From Pseudomonadota bacterium (lineage in GTDB: Bacteria > Pseudomonadota > Gammaproteobacteria > Burkholderiales > Burkholderiaceae_C), in contig JBEENR010000007.1 of the NCBI GenBank assembly GCA_041192045.1, positions 17,277-81,276 on the forward strand: a stretch of 64,000 nucleotides of DNA, in the 5' to 3' direction. A program made the translations under genes and the position numbers. Shown one piece after another: positions 25,257 through 36,170 of this stretch. The notes under the pieces were generated by a model, which was given only the letters and a program-made list of their open reading frames with translations, searched no databases and had not been told where the DNA came from. How positions within the stretch are numbered: position 1 is the first letter of the stretch; each line of letters starts with the position of its first letter.

Positions 25257-27704
25257 ATGCAATTCCCCGAATCCTGGCTGCGTGCCTTTTGCAACCCCAA
25301 GCTCAACAGCCAGCAACTGGCAGACACCTTGACCATGGCCGGTCTGGAGGTGGAAGCGCTGGAGCCTGTGGCCCCGCCTTTTACCGGTGTGCTGGTCGGG
25401 CGCATTGTGGAAGCGGTGCAGCACCCGAACGCCGACCGTCTGCGCGTGTGCCAGGTGGATGTGGGGCAGCCGCAACTGCTGAACATTGTGTGCGGCGCAC
25501 CCAATGCACGGCCCGGCATTCTGGTGCCCTGTGCCACGGTGGGCGCGGTGTTGCCGCCGGGGGATGATGGCAAGCCCTTTCACATCCGTCTGGGCAAGCT
25601 GCGCGGGGTTGAGAGCCAGGGCATGCTGTGCTCGGCCAGCGAACTGAAGTTGTCCGACGAACAGGGCGGTTTGCTGGAATTGCCTGCCGATGCTGTGCCA
25701 GGGCGCGGTATCCGCGAGCAACTGCTGCTCGACGATACCCTGTTCACCCTGAAACTCACGCCCAACTTGGCCCATTGCCTGAGCGTTTACGGCATTGCCC
25801 GCGAAGTCTCGGCACTGACCGGCGCGCCCTTGGTACAGCCCGAGTTCGTGCCTGCGCCCGTCAGTCTGTCCGACCGCTTGCCCGTGGTGGTACAGGCCCC
25901 TGACTTGTGTGGCCGTTTCACCGGGCGCATTGTTCGCGGCGTGAACATCCGGGCTACCACGCCGGCCTGGATGGTGGAGCGCTTGGCACGCTGTGGTCAG
26001 CGCAGTGTGTCTCCACTGGTGGACATTTCTAACTATGTGATGTTTGAGCTGGGCCGTCCGTCACATATTTTTGATCTGGACAAAATACACGGCGGCTTGC
26101 AGGTGCGCTGGGGCCGTGCGGGTGAGCAGCTCAAGCTGCTCAATGGCAACACCGTCACGGTCGATGAGCAGGTGGGCGTGATTGCCGACGACCAGTCGGT
26201 AGAGTCGCTGGCAGGCATCATGGGTGGCGATGCCACCGCCGTCTCCGACGAGACGCAGAACATCTTCATTGAAGCGGCCTTCTGGTGGCCCAAGGCGATT
26301 GCCGGACGTTCACGCCGGTTCAATTTTTCGACCGATGCCGGACACCGTTTTGAGCGTGGTGTCGATCCGTCCACCACCGTGGAGCATGTCGAGCGCATCA
26401 CCCAGCTGGTGCTGGCCATCTGTGGCGGTCAAGCTGCGGTGCTGGACGACCAAGTGCTGAATGTGCCGCAGCCACAGCCCGTCAGGCTGCGCGTGCCGCG
26501 TGCTGCCAAGGTGATTGGCATGCCGCTGACGACTGCGCAATGCGCCGATGCGCTGACCCGCCTGGGGCTGGCTGTGACGGTGAACGAGGCTGTGCCCGAG
26601 GGCGAGCTGTCGGTGCTGCCCCCAGCGCACCGCTTTGATGTGCAGATTGAAGAAGACCTGATTGAAGAAGTGGCCCGCGTCATGGGCTATGACCACTTGC
26701 CCGACACGCCGCCGCAGGCCCCCATCACAGCCCGTATTCGTCCGGAATCGCGGCGCGCACCGTTTGCCTTGCGCCGCCAACTGGCCCAGCTGGGTTACCA
26801 AGAAACCATCAATTTCAGCTTCGTGGAAGAGCGCTGGGAGCGGGAGCTGGCGGGTAACACCGACCCCATCCGCCTGCTCAACCCCATTGCCAGCCAGATG
26901 AGCGTGATGCGCTCGTCGCTGCTGGGCAGTCTGCTGGCGGTGTTGCGCTTCAACCTAGACCGCCGTGCCAGCCGGGTGCGTCTGTTCGAGCTGGGCCGTG
27001 TCTTTCGCAAGAACCCCGAGGTGACGGACAGCGACACCACCGTGGCAGGTTTTGACCAGCCCGTGCGGGTGGCCGGTCTGTGCTGTGGCCCGGTTGATGC
27101 CTTGCAGTGGGGTGTGCCCGAGCGTGCCGCCGACTTCTTTGATGTCAAGGGCGATGTGCAGGCCCTGCTGGCACCTCGGCAGGCGCAGTTCCGTCCGGCA
27201 GAGCATCAGGCCCTGCACCCAGGGCGCGCAGCCAGCGTCTGGCTGGGTGAGCAATGCATTGGGCATGTGGGCGAGCTGCACCCCAAGTGGCGGCAGGCTT
27301 ACGGTTTTACCCAGGCACCGGTGCTGTTTGAGCTGGACTTGAATGCGGTGCTCGACAAACCCGTGCCCCAGTTCCAGGCCGTGAGTCGCTTCCAGCGGGT
27401 CGAGCGCGATCTGGCCGTGGTGGTGCACGAATCGGTTACCCACGATGCTGTGGTGAACGCCGTCCGTGAATCGGTGGCCGACAGCACAGCCTGCTTGCGT
27501 GATGTGGTCTTGTTTGACCTCTACCGTCCGAAAAAGCAAGGGCAGGGTGAGTCGGGGGGCTTGGCTGCTGACGAAAAAAGCTTGGCCGTGCGGCTGCTGC
27601 TAGGCCGCGATGATGCCACCTTGACCGAAGAGGTCATTGATCAAACGGTGCAGACCGTGGTGCAAGCCCTGGCCCAGCGGGTAGCAGCGCGGCTGCGTGC
27701 CTAA
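25257..27704 (+). CDS. pheT: phenylalanine--tRNA ligase beta subunit
   Basis: Track ORF trimmed to ATG 25257. MQFPESWLRAFCNP, the tRNA-binding domain VVEAVQHPNADRLRVCQVD, and the B3/4 and B5 regions. Confidence 0.95.
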   Translation: MQFPESWLRAFCNPKLNSQQLADTLTMAGLEVEALEPVAPPFTGVLVGRIVEAVQHPNADRLRVCQVDVGQPQLLNIVCGAPNARPGILVPCATVGAVLPPGDDGKPFHIRLGKLRGVESQGMLCSASELKLSDEQGGLLELPADAVPGRGIREQLLLDDTLFTLKLTPNLAHCLSVYGIAREVSALTGAPLVQPEFVPAPVSLSDRLPVVVQAPDLCGRFTGRIVRGVNIRATTPAWMVERLARCGQRSVSPLVDISNYVMFELGRPSHIFDLDKIHGGLQVRWGRAGEQLKLLNGNTVTVDEQVGVIADDQSVESLAGIMGGDATAVSDETQNIFIEAAFWWPKAIAGRSRRFNFSTDAGHRFERGVDPSTTVEHVERITQLVLAICGGQAAVLDDQVLNVPQPQPVRLRVPRAAKVIGMPLTTAQCADALTRLGLAVTVNEAVPEGELSVLPPAHRFDVQIEEDLIEEVARVMGYDHLPDTPPQAPITARIRPESRRAPFALRRQLAQLGYQETINFSFVEERWERELAGNTDPIRLLNPIASQMSVMRSSLLGSLLAVLRFNLDRRASRVRLFELGRVFRKNPEVTDSDTTVAGFDQPVRVAGLCCGPVDALQWGVPERAADFFDVKGDVQALLAPRQAQFRPAEHQALHPGRAASVWLGEQCIGHVGELHPKWRQAYGFTQAPVLFELDLNAVLDKPVPQFQAVSRFQRVERDLAVVVHESVTHDAVVNAVRESVADSTACLRDVVLFDLYRPKKQGQGESGGLAADEKSLAVRLLLGRDDATLTEEVIDQTVQTVVQALAQRVAARLRA

Positions 27705-27731
27705 ACAACGTTAAACAACGGGGAGCATTGC

Positions 27732-28085
27732 ATGATGTCTGACATCGACAGCCAAGATACCCAGGCCCTGACCAAAGCCCAGTTGGCAGACTTGCTGTTT
27801 GACCAAATTGGTCTGAACAAGCGGGAATCCAAAGACTTGGTCGATGCCTTTTTTGATCTGGTGACGAGCAGCTTGGTCGAAGGCACAGATGTGAAAATTT
27901 CGGGCTTTGGCAACTTCCAGATCCGAACCAAGGCCCCCCGGCCAGGCCGCAACCCCCGCACCGGCGAGCCGGTCGCCATTCAGTCGCGCCGGGTGGTCAC
28001 GTTTCATGCCAGCCCCAAATTGAAGGAGCAGGTGCAGGCGGTGGTGGACAACGCCCCTGCCGACAGCCCTGCGGACGATCACTGA
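27732..28085 (+). CDS. ihfA: integration host factor alpha subunit
   Basis: LTKAQLADLLFDQIGLNKRESKDLVDAFF and GFGNFQIRTKAPRPGRNPRTGEPV. It occupies the last position of the thrS-pheT operon, as in many proteobacteria. Confidence 0.93.
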   Translation: MMSDIDSQDTQALTKAQLADLLFDQIGLNKRESKDLVDAFFDLVTSSLVEGTDVKISGFGNFQIRTKAPRPGRNPRTGEPVAIQSRRVVTFHASPKLKEQVQAVVDNAPADSPADDH

Positions 28086-28094
28086 ATCTGGATT

Positions 28095-28895
28095 TCAGTA
28101 CCGTCCCAATGTGCCAGCGGGTTTGGGGCAGCCCAGCGCTGCGGAGATGTCGGCAGCGGTCTGACGCAATTTAGCGGCCCAGCTCTCGTCAATGCGGTCA
28201 GCTGGCGCTGAGATGGACAGTCCTGCCACCAGCTTGCACTGGTCGTCGTAAATGCCCGCGGCCATGCAGCGCACACCCAGCTCCAGTTCTTCGTTGTCGC
28301 GGGCCAGACCGGCTTGGCGGCATTGCTGCAATTCGCGCTCCAGGTGGCTCAGCTGTGTCAGGCTGTTGCGGGTGTTGCCTACCAGCCCGGTACGGGTGGC
28401 ATAGGCACGTACCCGCTGGGGGTCGTCGGCGGCCAGAAACAACTTACCCACCGAAGTCAGGTGCAAAGGTGCCCGCCCGCCAATGGCGCGCACCACCTGC
28501 ATGCCCGAGCGTTCGCTGTAAGCCCGTTCCACATACACAATTTCGTCGCCTTGGCGCACGCTGAGGTTGACGGGTTGGTGAATCTGTTTGTGCAACTCGC
28601 GCATCGGGGCCAGGGCGGCTTCGCGCACGCTCAGGCGGGCTTTGACCAAGTTGCCCAGCTCCAGCAGGCGCATACCCAGCCGGTAACTGCCGGCTTCGGG
28701 GCGATCGACAAAGCGGCCAATGGTCAGGTCGTTCAAGATGCGGTGAGCGGTTGAGGGATGAAGGCCGGTTTTTTCGCTGATTTCTTTGAGCGATACCGGT
28801 TCTTCTCGGGAGGCCAGCACTTCCAGCAGAACGAACATGCGTTCAATGACTTGGACAGTGGGGGCAGTGGGCAGTTGGTCGGATCGTTTCGTCAT
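28095..28895 (-). CDS. IclR-family transcriptional regulator
   Basis: 266 aa with the N-terminal wHTH VSLKEISEKTGLHPSTAHRILNDL and a C-terminal IclR effector domain. Confidence 0.88.
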   Translation of the reverse strand: MTKRSDQLPTAPTVQVIERMFVLLEVLASREEPVSLKEISEKTGLHPSTAHRILNDLTIGRFVDRPEAGSYRLGMRLLELGNLVKARLSVREAALAPMRELHKQIHQPVNLSVRQGDEIVYVERAYSERSGMQVVRAIGGRAPLHLTSVGKLFLAADDPQRVRAYATRTGLVGNTRNSLTQLSHLERELQQCRQAGLARDNEELELGVRCMAAGIYDDQCKLVAGLSISAPADRIDESWAAKLRQTAADISAALGCPKPAGTLGRY

Positions 28896-28932
28896 AGGCT
28901 GGATGGAAGCCTGAAATTTTACAAGATGAAAT

Positions 28933-29670
28933 TCAATTCACGGCCAGCCACTGTCCCTCAGACAACAACTCGTAAGGGCGAAAGCGCGTTTTGTAGTTCA
29001 TCTTGGGGCTTTCGGCGATCCAGTAGCCCAAGTACACATAAGACAGGTGCAGCTGCCGCGCTTGCTCGATTTGCCACAGCACGTTGTAAGTGCCGTAGCT
29101 GGCCCGGTCGTCGGGCTCGTAAAAGGTGTAAACCGCCGACAGGCCGTCGTTGAGCACATCAATGATCGAGACCATTTTCAGGCGACCTGGTGTGCCCTGC
29201 GGGCCGGGTTCACAAAACTCAACCAGACGCGAATTGACCCGGCTTTGCAGCAGAAATTGGGTGTACTGCTCAATGCTGTCTTGGTCCATACCACCCCCGG
29301 CATGGCGGCTTTGTTGGTAACGCAGGTACAACTGGTAATGCTCAGGCACGAAGCCCAGTTTCAAGACCCGCGCTTGCAGCTGGCCGTGTTGCTGCTGGCT
29401 GCGGCGCTGGCTGCGGCTGGGCTGGAAGCGGTTGACCGGTACCCGCAGGGGCACACAGGCTTGGCAGTGGTCGCAATAGGGGCGGTAGGTGAACAAACCG
29501 CTGCGCCGGAAACCCAAGTTGACGAGTTCGGAGTAGGCACCGTTGTGAATCAGGTGGCTGGGTGTGGCTACCTGAGAGCGTGCCCGCTGCTGCGGCAGGT
29601 AGCTGCACGGATAAGGCGCTGTGGCGTAAAACTGCAATGCCTGGAGCGGGAGTTCTTTGGGGTACGTCAC
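28933..29670 (-). CDS. bpt: arginyl/leucyl-tRNA--protein transferase (bacterial Ate1 homologue)
   Basis: Track ORF trimmed to GTG 29668-29670, which overlaps the aat stop (GTGA). [23 protein letters not shown] and [25 protein letters not shown]. Confidence 0.88.
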   Translation of the reverse strand: MTYPKELPLQALQFYATAPYPCSYLPQQRARSQVATPSHLIHNGAYSELVNLGFRRSGLFTYRPYCDHCQACVPLRVPVNRFQPSRSQRRSQQQHGQLQARVLKLGFVPEHYQLYLRYQQSRHAGGGMDQDSIEQYTQFLLQSRVNSRLVEFCEPGPQGTPGRLKMVSIIDVLNDGLSAVYTFYEPDDRASYGTYNVLWQIEQARQLHLSYVYLGYWIAESPKMNYKTRFRPYELLSEGQWLAVN

Positions 29671-30434
29671 GGGTGTGCGTGGGGGGTTGAACAGGCCAGG
29701 TTGTCCAGCAGACTCCAGTCGTCGGCCTGAAACTGCCACGGTGCTGCTGGGCGGTGCACCGTATTGTGCAGGTGTTGCGAAAACACCGCACGTGCCATGA
29801 GTTGTCCACCCAGTGAGGCCAGATGGGCGGTGTCTTGCTGGCAATCGATCAGCTCAATCTGCTGTGCCCGGCAGTAGGCAACCAGTGCAGCCAGGGCGAT
29901 CTTGGAGGCATTGCTTTGGTGGCTGAACATGGATTCGCCAAACACCATGGCCCCGCGTTGCACCGCGTACAACCCACCCGCGAGTTCGCCGTCGATCCAG
30001 GTTTCTACGCTGTGCGCCACACCGGCGCGGTGCAATCGCTCATAGGCCTGCACCATGGCTGGCACGATCCAGGTGCCGCTTTGTCCGTTGCGTGGTGTCT
30101 GCGCGCAAGCGCGGATCACACGGCCAAAGTCGTGGTCAAACCGCACCTCCAAGCGTTCGGCGCGTAGCAGGCTTTGCAGCGTTTTGCGCAAGGATCGGTG
30201 CAGCTTGAAGGCCTGCGGGCGCAGCACCATGCGGGGGTCGGTGCTCCACCAAAGAATGGGCTGACCCTCACTGAACCAAGGAAAAATGCCCTGTGAATAG
30301 GCCGATGTCAGGGTGTCCACGTCCAGCGCGCCACCCGCTGCCAGCAAACCCGGAGCCGGGTCGTGTGGCCCCCAGGCTTGTTCGACCGGCGGAAACGGGT
30401 CGCCGGGTTCCAACCAAGGCAGTGGCAGCGTCAT
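29667..30434 (-). CDS. aat: leucyl/phenylalanyl-tRNA--protein transferase
   Basis: Track ORF trimmed to ATG at 30434. [30 protein letters not shown] and GESMFS. Confidence 0.9.
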   Translation of the reverse strand: MTLPLPWLEPGDPFPPVEQAWGPHDPAPGLLAAGGALDVDTLTSAYSQGIFPWFSEGQPILWWSTDPRMVLRPQAFKLHRSLRKTLQSLLRAERLEVRFDHDFGRVIRACAQTPRNGQSGTWIVPAMVQAYERLHRAGVAHSVETWIDGELAGGLYAVQRGAMVFGESMFSHQSNASKIALAALVAYCRAQQIELIDCQQDTAHLASLGGQLMARAVFSQHLHNTVHRPAAPWQFQADDWSLLDNLACSTPHAHP

Positions 30435-30790
30435 GCGTGTGGTGGTTGACGAAACCCGGGCCAGATGTGCCGCAGTGACAAAGCCAGCACAATGCCCACC
30501 AAATCGGCCAGCCAGTCGTGCACTTCGGCAAAGCGCCAGCCTGTGAACCACTGTGCCACCTCAATAGCCGCACCAAAAACCAGAAAAACCGGTAACAGTG
30601 TTTGCCACCGGCTGTGTGGGTAGGCCCAGCAGGCCAGCACGGTCAGACCGAAAAAGGCCAGAGCATGCTGCGCCTTGTCCCAGAAACTGAAGGCTTGTGG
30701 CACCAGTGGCACGGGGATGAGCGACAGCACCACCACCGCCAACAGGGCGCTCCAGAACAGCAGTTTTTTTGCGGTTGTCATCATTGACAC
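30431..30790 (-). CDS. VanZ-like membrane protein
   Basis: 119 aa with four TM segments. WDKAQHALAFFGL and GAAIEVAQWF are VanZ-like. It has a 4-nt overlap with the aat start. Confidence 0.7.
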   Translation of the reverse strand: MSMMTTAKKLLFWSALLAVVVLSLIPVPLVPQAFSFWDKAQHALAFFGLTVLACWAYPHSRWQTLLPVFLVFGAAIEVAQWFTGWRFAEVHDWLADLVGIVLALSLRHIWPGFRQPPHA

Positions 30791-30793
30791 GTT

Positions 30794-32836
30794 TCAAGCT
30801 TGTGTTGCCGTGGCAGCTTCTAGGGTTTCGCTGAGTTCGAGCCAGTGCAGCTCCAGCGACTCGGTTTCCTCGTTCACCGCCTTCAACCGCCGACCAGCTT
30901 CGGCCAAATCCAGCGGGTTTTGTGACTCGCTCAGGGTGGCTTCGAGGCGGTTTTTCTCATTGGCCAGTGTGGCCATGCGCCGCTCGGTCTGTTCCAGCGC
31001 TTTTTTGAGGGGCTTGGTTTTTTCAGCCAGTTGCTGGCGGCGTGCGGCATCTTGTTTGCGCTGTTCGGGGCTGCGTGTGCTGTTGGGCGCAGTCTGGGCG
31101 GGGACGGGGTTGCCGCTTTCGCGGCCAGCGTCACGAGCAGCCACGGTGCTGGCGGTGGCCGCAGGGGTGGCGGTTTCGCGCTGAGCCTGCCGCTGCGTTT
31201 CGCGGGATTGTTTGGCCATGTCCAGCAAATAGCGCTGGTAGTCGTCCAAGTCGCCATCAAAGGGCTCAATGCCGCCGCGTGACACCAGCCAGAACTCGTC
31301 GCACACAGCGCGCAGCAAAGCGCGGTCGTGGCTGACCAGCATGACCGTGCCTTCGAATTCGTTCAAAGCCACGCTCAGCGCTTCGCGGGTGGCCAAGTCC
31401 AGGTGGTTGGTGGGTTCGTCCAGCAGCAGCAAATTGGGCCGCTGCCACACGATCATGCACAGCACCAGCCGCGCTTTTTCGCCACCGCTCATGCTGCCCA
31501 CGGCCTGTTTGACTTGGTCGCCGCTGAAGTTGAAGCTGCCCAAAAAGCTGCGCAGGTCTTGTTCGCGGGTGGCTTGCCCGCTCAGTCGGCCTTGGGCGGT
31601 GCAGTCGCGCACCAGCCGGATCATGTGTTCCAGCGGCGTGTCTGCGGGGCGCAGCACGTCCAGCTCTTGCTGGGCAAAGTAGCCAATGTTCAGGCCCTTG
31701 CCTTCCGTGATTTGGCCCTCTAGGGCAACCAGATCGCGGGCAATGGTTTTCACCACGGTGGATTTGCCCTGTCCGTTGGCCCCCAAGATGCCAATGCGCT
31801 GTCCGGCCAACACCGATTTGTTCACCTGCCGCACGATGACCGTGCCCGGCTCGCCCGGCTCTGCGGCGGGGTAGCCAAAGCTGACCTGGTGCAGCGCCAG
31901 CATGGGGTTGGGCAGGTTCTGCGGCTCGCTGAAGGCAAACGAGAAATCGGCCTCGGCCAGCACGGGGCCAATTTTTTCCATGCGCTCCAGCGCTTTGACC
32001 CGGCTCTGCGCCTGTTTGGCTTTGCTGGCTTTGGCCTTGAAGCGGTCAATGAACTTTTGCAGGTGCGCCATCTTGTCCTGCTGGCGGGCGTAGGCGGTGG
32101 CTTGCAAGGCCATTTGTTCGGCCCGCATGTCTTCAAAGCGGCTGTAGTTGCCGCCGTAGCGGGTCAGCTGGGCGCGCTCAATGTGCAAGGTGACGTTGGT
32201 CACGGCATCCAAAAACTCGCGGTCGTGGCTGATGACCAGCAGCGTGCCTTCGTAGCGTTTCAACCAGGCTTCCAGCCAGACCAGGGCATCCAAGTCCAGG
32301 TGGTTGGTGGGTTCGTCCAGCAGCAGCAGTTCGCTGGGGCACATCAGGGCGCGGGCCAGTTGCAGCCGCATGCGCCAGCCGCCCGAAAAGCTGTTGACCG
32401 GGCGCTCCAGCTCGTCGCTGCGAAAGCCCAAACCCAGAATCAGGGCCTGCGCCCGTGCAGCGGCATCGTGGGCACCGGCATCGTGCAGGGCCATGTAGGC
32501 ATGGGCCATGCGCTCGCCGTCGCCGCTGTCTTCTGCGGCAGCCACCTCGGCCTGCGCGGCCAGCAGCGTCACGTCACCTTCCATGACGAACTGGGTGGCG
32601 GGCATGTCGGTCTCGGGCATGTCTTGCGCCACTTGGGCCATGCGCCACTGCGTGGGCACCGAAAAGTCGCCCAAGTCTTCATGCAAGCTGCCATTGAGCA
32701 GGCCAAACAGGCTGGATTTGCCCGCCCCGTTGCGCCCCACCAAGCCCACTTTTTCGCCAGGGTTCAGGGTGCAAGAGGCACCGTCCAGCAAGACCTTGGT
32801 GCCCCGGCGCAGCACAATGTTTTTCAGGATGATCAT
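30794..32836 (-). CDS. ABC-F family ATPase (two NBDs, no TMD, C-terminal coiled coil)
   Basis: 680 aa. Two Walker A motifs (GRNGAGKSS and GANGQGKST), two LSGG signatures, and a charged linker and tail. Confidence 0.9.
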   Translation of the reverse strand: MIILKNIVLRRGTKVLLDGASCTLNPGEKVGLVGRNGAGKSSLFGLLNGSLHEDLGDFSVPTQWRMAQVAQDMPETDMPATQFVMEGDVTLLAAQAEVAAAEDSGDGERMAHAYMALHDAGAHDAAARAQALILGLGFRSDELERPVNSFSGGWRMRLQLARALMCPSELLLLDEPTNHLDLDALVWLEAWLKRYEGTLLVISHDREFLDAVTNVTLHIERAQLTRYGGNYSRFEDMRAEQMALQATAYARQQDKMAHLQKFIDRFKAKASKAKQAQSRVKALERMEKIGPVLAEADFSFAFSEPQNLPNPMLALHQVSFGYPAAEPGEPGTVIVRQVNKSVLAGQRIGILGANGQGKSTVVKTIARDLVALEGQITEGKGLNIGYFAQQELDVLRPADTPLEHMIRLVRDCTAQGRLSGQATREQDLRSFLGSFNFSGDQVKQAVGSMSGGEKARLVLCMIVWQRPNLLLLDEPTNHLDLATREALSVALNEFEGTVMLVSHDRALLRAVCDEFWLVSRGGIEPFDGDLDDYQRYLLDMAKQSRETQRQAQRETATPAATASTVAARDAGRESGNPVPAQTAPNSTRSPEQRKQDAARRQQLAEKTKPLKKALEQTERRMATLANEKNRLEATLSESQNPLDLAEAGRRLKAVNEETESLELHWLELSETLEAATATQA

Positions 32837-33768
32837 GCGCGGCCCCCTGGCATGGCTGCTGTGCGCAGCGCCTCGGCAGTCAGCAGCAGCACCTGGTCGT
32901 CGCCCGCGCTGGTGCTCAGCCAGACCACTGGCAGGTGCGGAAAGGCCGCTTCAAAATGCGCACGCTCATGGCCAATTTCCAGCACCAGCACGCCTTGCGG
33001 GTGCAGCCGTGTCGGCAGGTCGCGCAGCAGCTGGCGCACAAAGTCCATGCCGTCCGCCCCACCGTCCAGCGCCAGGGCGGGTTCGGCGCGGTATTCGGCG
33101 GGCAGGGCTTGCATGCTCTGGGTGTTGACATAAGGCGGGTTGCACAGCACCAAGTCCCAGGGGCCGGGGCAGGCGCTCAGGCCGTCGGACTCCAGCAGGG
33201 CAATGCGCTCCTGCAAGCCATGCTGCGCCACATTGATCTGGGCCACAGCCAGCGCGTCGGGGGAAATGTCGGCCCCGGTGACGGCCACATCGGGCCAAGC
33301 CATGGCGGCCAGCACAGCCAAGCTGCCGTTGCCGGTACACAGGTCTAGCACCTGCTGGGTGTCTGCATTCAGCCAGGGGTCGATGCTACCGTCGGCCAGC
33401 AGCTCGGCAATGAAGCTGCGCGGCACGATGGCGCGCTCGTCCACATAAAACGGCACGCCTTGCAGCCAGGCTTGCCGGGTCAGGTAGGCGGCGGGCTGGC
33501 GGCTGTCTATGCGGCGCTGGATCAGCGCCTGCACCGCACGGTGTTGCTCGGCCGTGATGGTTTGGGCGGCCAGCGCGTCCAAGTCGCTGTCCAGCGGCAG
33601 GCCCAGCTGCCACAGCAGCAGCCAGGCGGCTTCGTCGTGGGCGTTGGTGGTGCCGTGGCCATAGGCCAGTTCGGCGGCTTCTAGGCGGGCACTGGCCTCG
33701 GCCAGCATGTCTTGCAGGGTCAGGGAAATCAAGGGCAATCCGATGGGTTCAGGTGGCGGGCCAGCCAT
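32833..33768 (-). CDS. prmB: ribosomal protein L3 glutamine N5-methyltransferase
   Basis: 311 aa. GHGTTNAHDEAAWLL, DLCTGNGSLAV and NPPYV. Its stop overlaps the ABC-F start. Confidence 0.88.
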   Translation of the reverse strand: MAGPPPEPIGLPLISLTLQDMLAEASARLEAAELAYGHGTTNAHDEAAWLLLWQLGLPLDSDLDALAAQTITAEQHRAVQALIQRRIDSRQPAAYLTRQAWLQGVPFYVDERAIVPRSFIAELLADGSIDPWLNADTQQVLDLCTGNGSLAVLAAMAWPDVAVTGADISPDALAVAQINVAQHGLQERIALLESDGLSACPGPWDLVLCNPPYVNTQSMQALPAEYRAEPALALDGGADGMDFVRQLLRDLPTRLHPQGVLVLEIGHERAHFEAAFPHLPVVWLSTSAGDDQVLLLTAEALRTAAMPGGRA

Positions 33769-33796
33769 GCTGGGCCCGCGCAGGAAGAGCGGCGCG

Positions 33797-34969
33797 TCAG
33801 GCGGGCTGCGGGGCCGACTGCGCCAGCAGCGCCAGCGTGCGGCGGTAGATGTTTTTCAGGGGCTCCATGTCGGCCAAGGCCACGCATTCATCCAGCTTGT
33901 GGATGGTGGCATTGGGCGGGCCCAGCTCCAACACCTGCGGGCAGACTTGGGCAATGAAGCGCCCGTCGCTGGTGCCGCCGGTGGTGGATAGCTGGGTGTC
34001 TAGGCCGGTTTCTTCGTGGATGGCGCGGCGCACCGCCTCCACCAGCGTGCCCGGTGGGGTCAGGAAGGGCAGGCCGCCCAACGTCCAGGTCAGGTCAAAG
34101 TCGGTGCCCATCTGCAAGCCGTGCCGCGCCAGCGTGGCACTGAAGCGCTGTTGCAGGCTTTCGGCGCTGGATTCGGTGCAAAAGCGAAAGTTGAAGTCCA
34201 CCACCACGGTGCCCGGAATCACATTGCTGGCCCCGGTGCCGCCGTGGATGTTGCTGACCTGCCAGCTGGTGGGCGGAAAGAAGGCATTGCCCGCATCCCA
34301 GACCGTGGTCGTCAATTCGGCCAGCGCGGGGGCCAGCAGGTGGATGGGGTTGCGCGCCAAGTGGGGGTAGGCAATATGGCCCTGAATGCCTTTGACAGTG
34401 AGCTTGCCACTCAGGGTGCCGCGCCGCCCGTTCTTGATCATGTCGCCGGTGCGCTCGACCGAGGTGGGCTCGCCCACAATGCACCAGTCCATGCGCTCGC
34501 CCCGGCGTTGCAGTTCACGGCACACCACCACCGTGCCGTCCAGGGCCGGGCCTTCTTCGTCGCTGGTCAGCAAAAAGCTAATGTCAATGGCGGGCTGGGG
34601 CTGCTCGGCCAAAAATTCCTCGCAAGCCACCACCATGGCCGCCAGCGAGGTTTTCATGTCGCTCGCGCCCCGGCCAAACAGCTTGCCGTCGCGGTGGGTG
34701 GGTACAAAGGGGTCGCTGGTCCAGGCGCTCAAGGGGCCGGTGGGCACCACGTCGGTGTGGCCGGCAAACACCAGCGTGGGTTGCTGGCCACGCCCTAAGC
34801 GCGCCCACAGGTTGGTCACGCGGAAGTCGGGCGGGCCGCTCTCTAAGGTTTCGCAGACAAAGCCCAGGGCGGAGAGCCGCTGTGCGATCAGGGCCTGACA
34901 GCCCTCATCACGCGGCGTGACCGATGGGCGGCTCAGCAGTTCTTCGGTCAGGCGCAGGGTGGCATTCAT
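33797..34969 (-). CDS. dapE: succinyl-diaminopimelate desuccinylase
   Basis: Track ORF trimmed to the ATG at 34969. [33 protein letters not shown] and RGASDMK. Confidence 0.92.
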   Translation of the reverse strand: MNATLRLTEELLSRPSVTPRDEGCQALIAQRLSALGFVCETLESGPPDFRVTNLWARLGRGQQPTLVFAGHTDVVPTGPLSAWTSDPFVPTHRDGKLFGRGASDMKTSLAAMVVACEEFLAEQPQPAIDISFLLTSDEEGPALDGTVVVCRELQRRGERMDWCIVGEPTSVERTGDMIKNGRRGTLSGKLTVKGIQGHIAYPHLARNPIHLLAPALAELTTTVWDAGNAFFPPTSWQVSNIHGGTGASNVIPGTVVVDFNFRFCTESSAESLQQRFSATLARHGLQMGTDFDLTWTLGGLPFLTPPGTLVEAVRRAIHEETGLDTQLSTTGGTSDGRFIAQVCPQVLELGPPNATIHKLDECVALADMEPLKNIYRRTLALLAQSAPQPA

Positions 34970-34989
34970 GGTGTCAATCGGGGGCAGGA

Positions 34990-36150
34990 TCAAAACTTCA
35001 CGTCCAACGAGAACTCGGTGAAGGTGGCTTCGTCGGTCTTGTCTTCTTCGGTCTGTGCCTCGGCAGCGTTGGCCGATGCGGGTTTGACCTCGTTTTGCAG
35101 CCGCCACATCAGGTTGTTGGGCGAATCGGCATAGGCCAGCCCTTCTTTGCGCGAGACCGTGCCTTCTTGAATCAGGCGGGCAAGGTCTTGCTCGAAGCTC
35201 TGTGAGCCCGGAGCCAGCGACTTTTCCATGGCATCGCGAATGCCCGAAAAGTCCGCCTTCTGAATCAGATCAGCCACCAGCACCGTGTTGAGCATGACCT
35301 CCACCGCAGGCACGCGCACCCCGTGTTCGGTGCGCAGCAGGCGCTGCGAAATGACGGCACGCAGGGCCGACGACAGGTCGCTGAGCATGGTGGGCCGTAC
35401 CTCGACCGGATAGAAGCTCAAGATGCGGTTGAGTGCGTGGTAGCTGTTGTTGGCGTGCATGGTGGCCAGGCACAAATGGCCCGACTGCGCGTAGGCAATG
35501 GCTGCCGACATGGTTTCGCGGTCGCGGATTTCGCCAATCAGGATCACGTCGGGCGCTTGGCGCAGCGCATTCTTCAAACCCACTTGCAGCGAGGCTGTGT
35601 CTGAGCCGATTTCACGCTGGTTGACCACCGATTTTTTGTTGCTGTAAACAAATTCAACCGGGTCTTCAATCGTCAGGATGTGGCCCGTGGTGCGCTCGTT
35701 GCGGTAGTCGATCATCGCCGCCAGCGTGGTGGACTTGCCCGCACCCGTTGAGCCCACCATCAGCACCAAGCCGCGTTTTTCCATCACCAAGTCGGCCAGT
35801 ATCTCGGGCACATGCAGCGATTCGAGCGCGGGCACGGTGTCGGGCAGAAAGCGGATGACGGCGGCGTAGTGCCCGCGTTGCCGAAAGGCGCTGATACGAA
35901 AGTTGCCCGCCCCCTCCAGCGGAAAGGCCATGTTCAGTTCGCCGGTTTCTTCCAACTCTTCGATGCGGGTGGGCGGCAAGATCTCGGCCAGCAGCGAATG
36001 TGGTGCGTCGGCGGGCAAGATCTGGCTGTTGACCGGCATGGTCACGCCATTGATCTTGATCATGATCGCGGCGTGTGCCGACAGGTACACGTCAGACGCG
36101 TTTTTCTTCGCCATCAGGCGCAGCACGCGCTCCATGGTTCCGCTGTTCAT
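34990..36150 (-). CDS. PilT/PilU-family type IVa pilus retraction-type ATPase (PilU-like)
   Basis: 386 aa. Walker [10 protein letters not shown], the Asp box [26 protein letters not shown] and [11 protein letters not shown]. It is collinear with P. aeruginosa PilU as I recall it. Confidence 0.88.
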   Translation of the reverse strand: MNSGTMERVLRLMAKKNASDVYLSAHAAIMIKINGVTMPVNSQILPADAPHSLLAEILPPTRIEELEETGELNMAFPLEGAGNFRISAFRQRGHYAAVIRFLPDTVPALESLHVPEILADLVMEKRGLVLMVGSTGAGKSTTLAAMIDYRNERTTGHILTIEDPVEFVYSNKKSVVNQREIGSDTASLQVGLKNALRQAPDVILIGEIRDRETMSAAIAYAQSGHLCLATMHANNSYHALNRILSFYPVEVRPTMLSDLSSALRAVISQRLLRTEHGVRVPAVEVMLNTVLVADLIQKADFSGIRDAMEKSLAPGSQSFEQDLARLIQEGTVSRKEGLAYADSPNNLMWRLQNEVKPASANAAEAQTEEDKTDEATFTEFSLDVKF

Positions 36151-36170
36151 GGCGACGGGCTCCGGGGGGT

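Noticed and set aside
24066-25775. 569-aa ORF antisense to pheS and pheT
   Set aside because: It spans two real genes and their spacer on the opposite strand. This is a GC-driven lack of stop codons.
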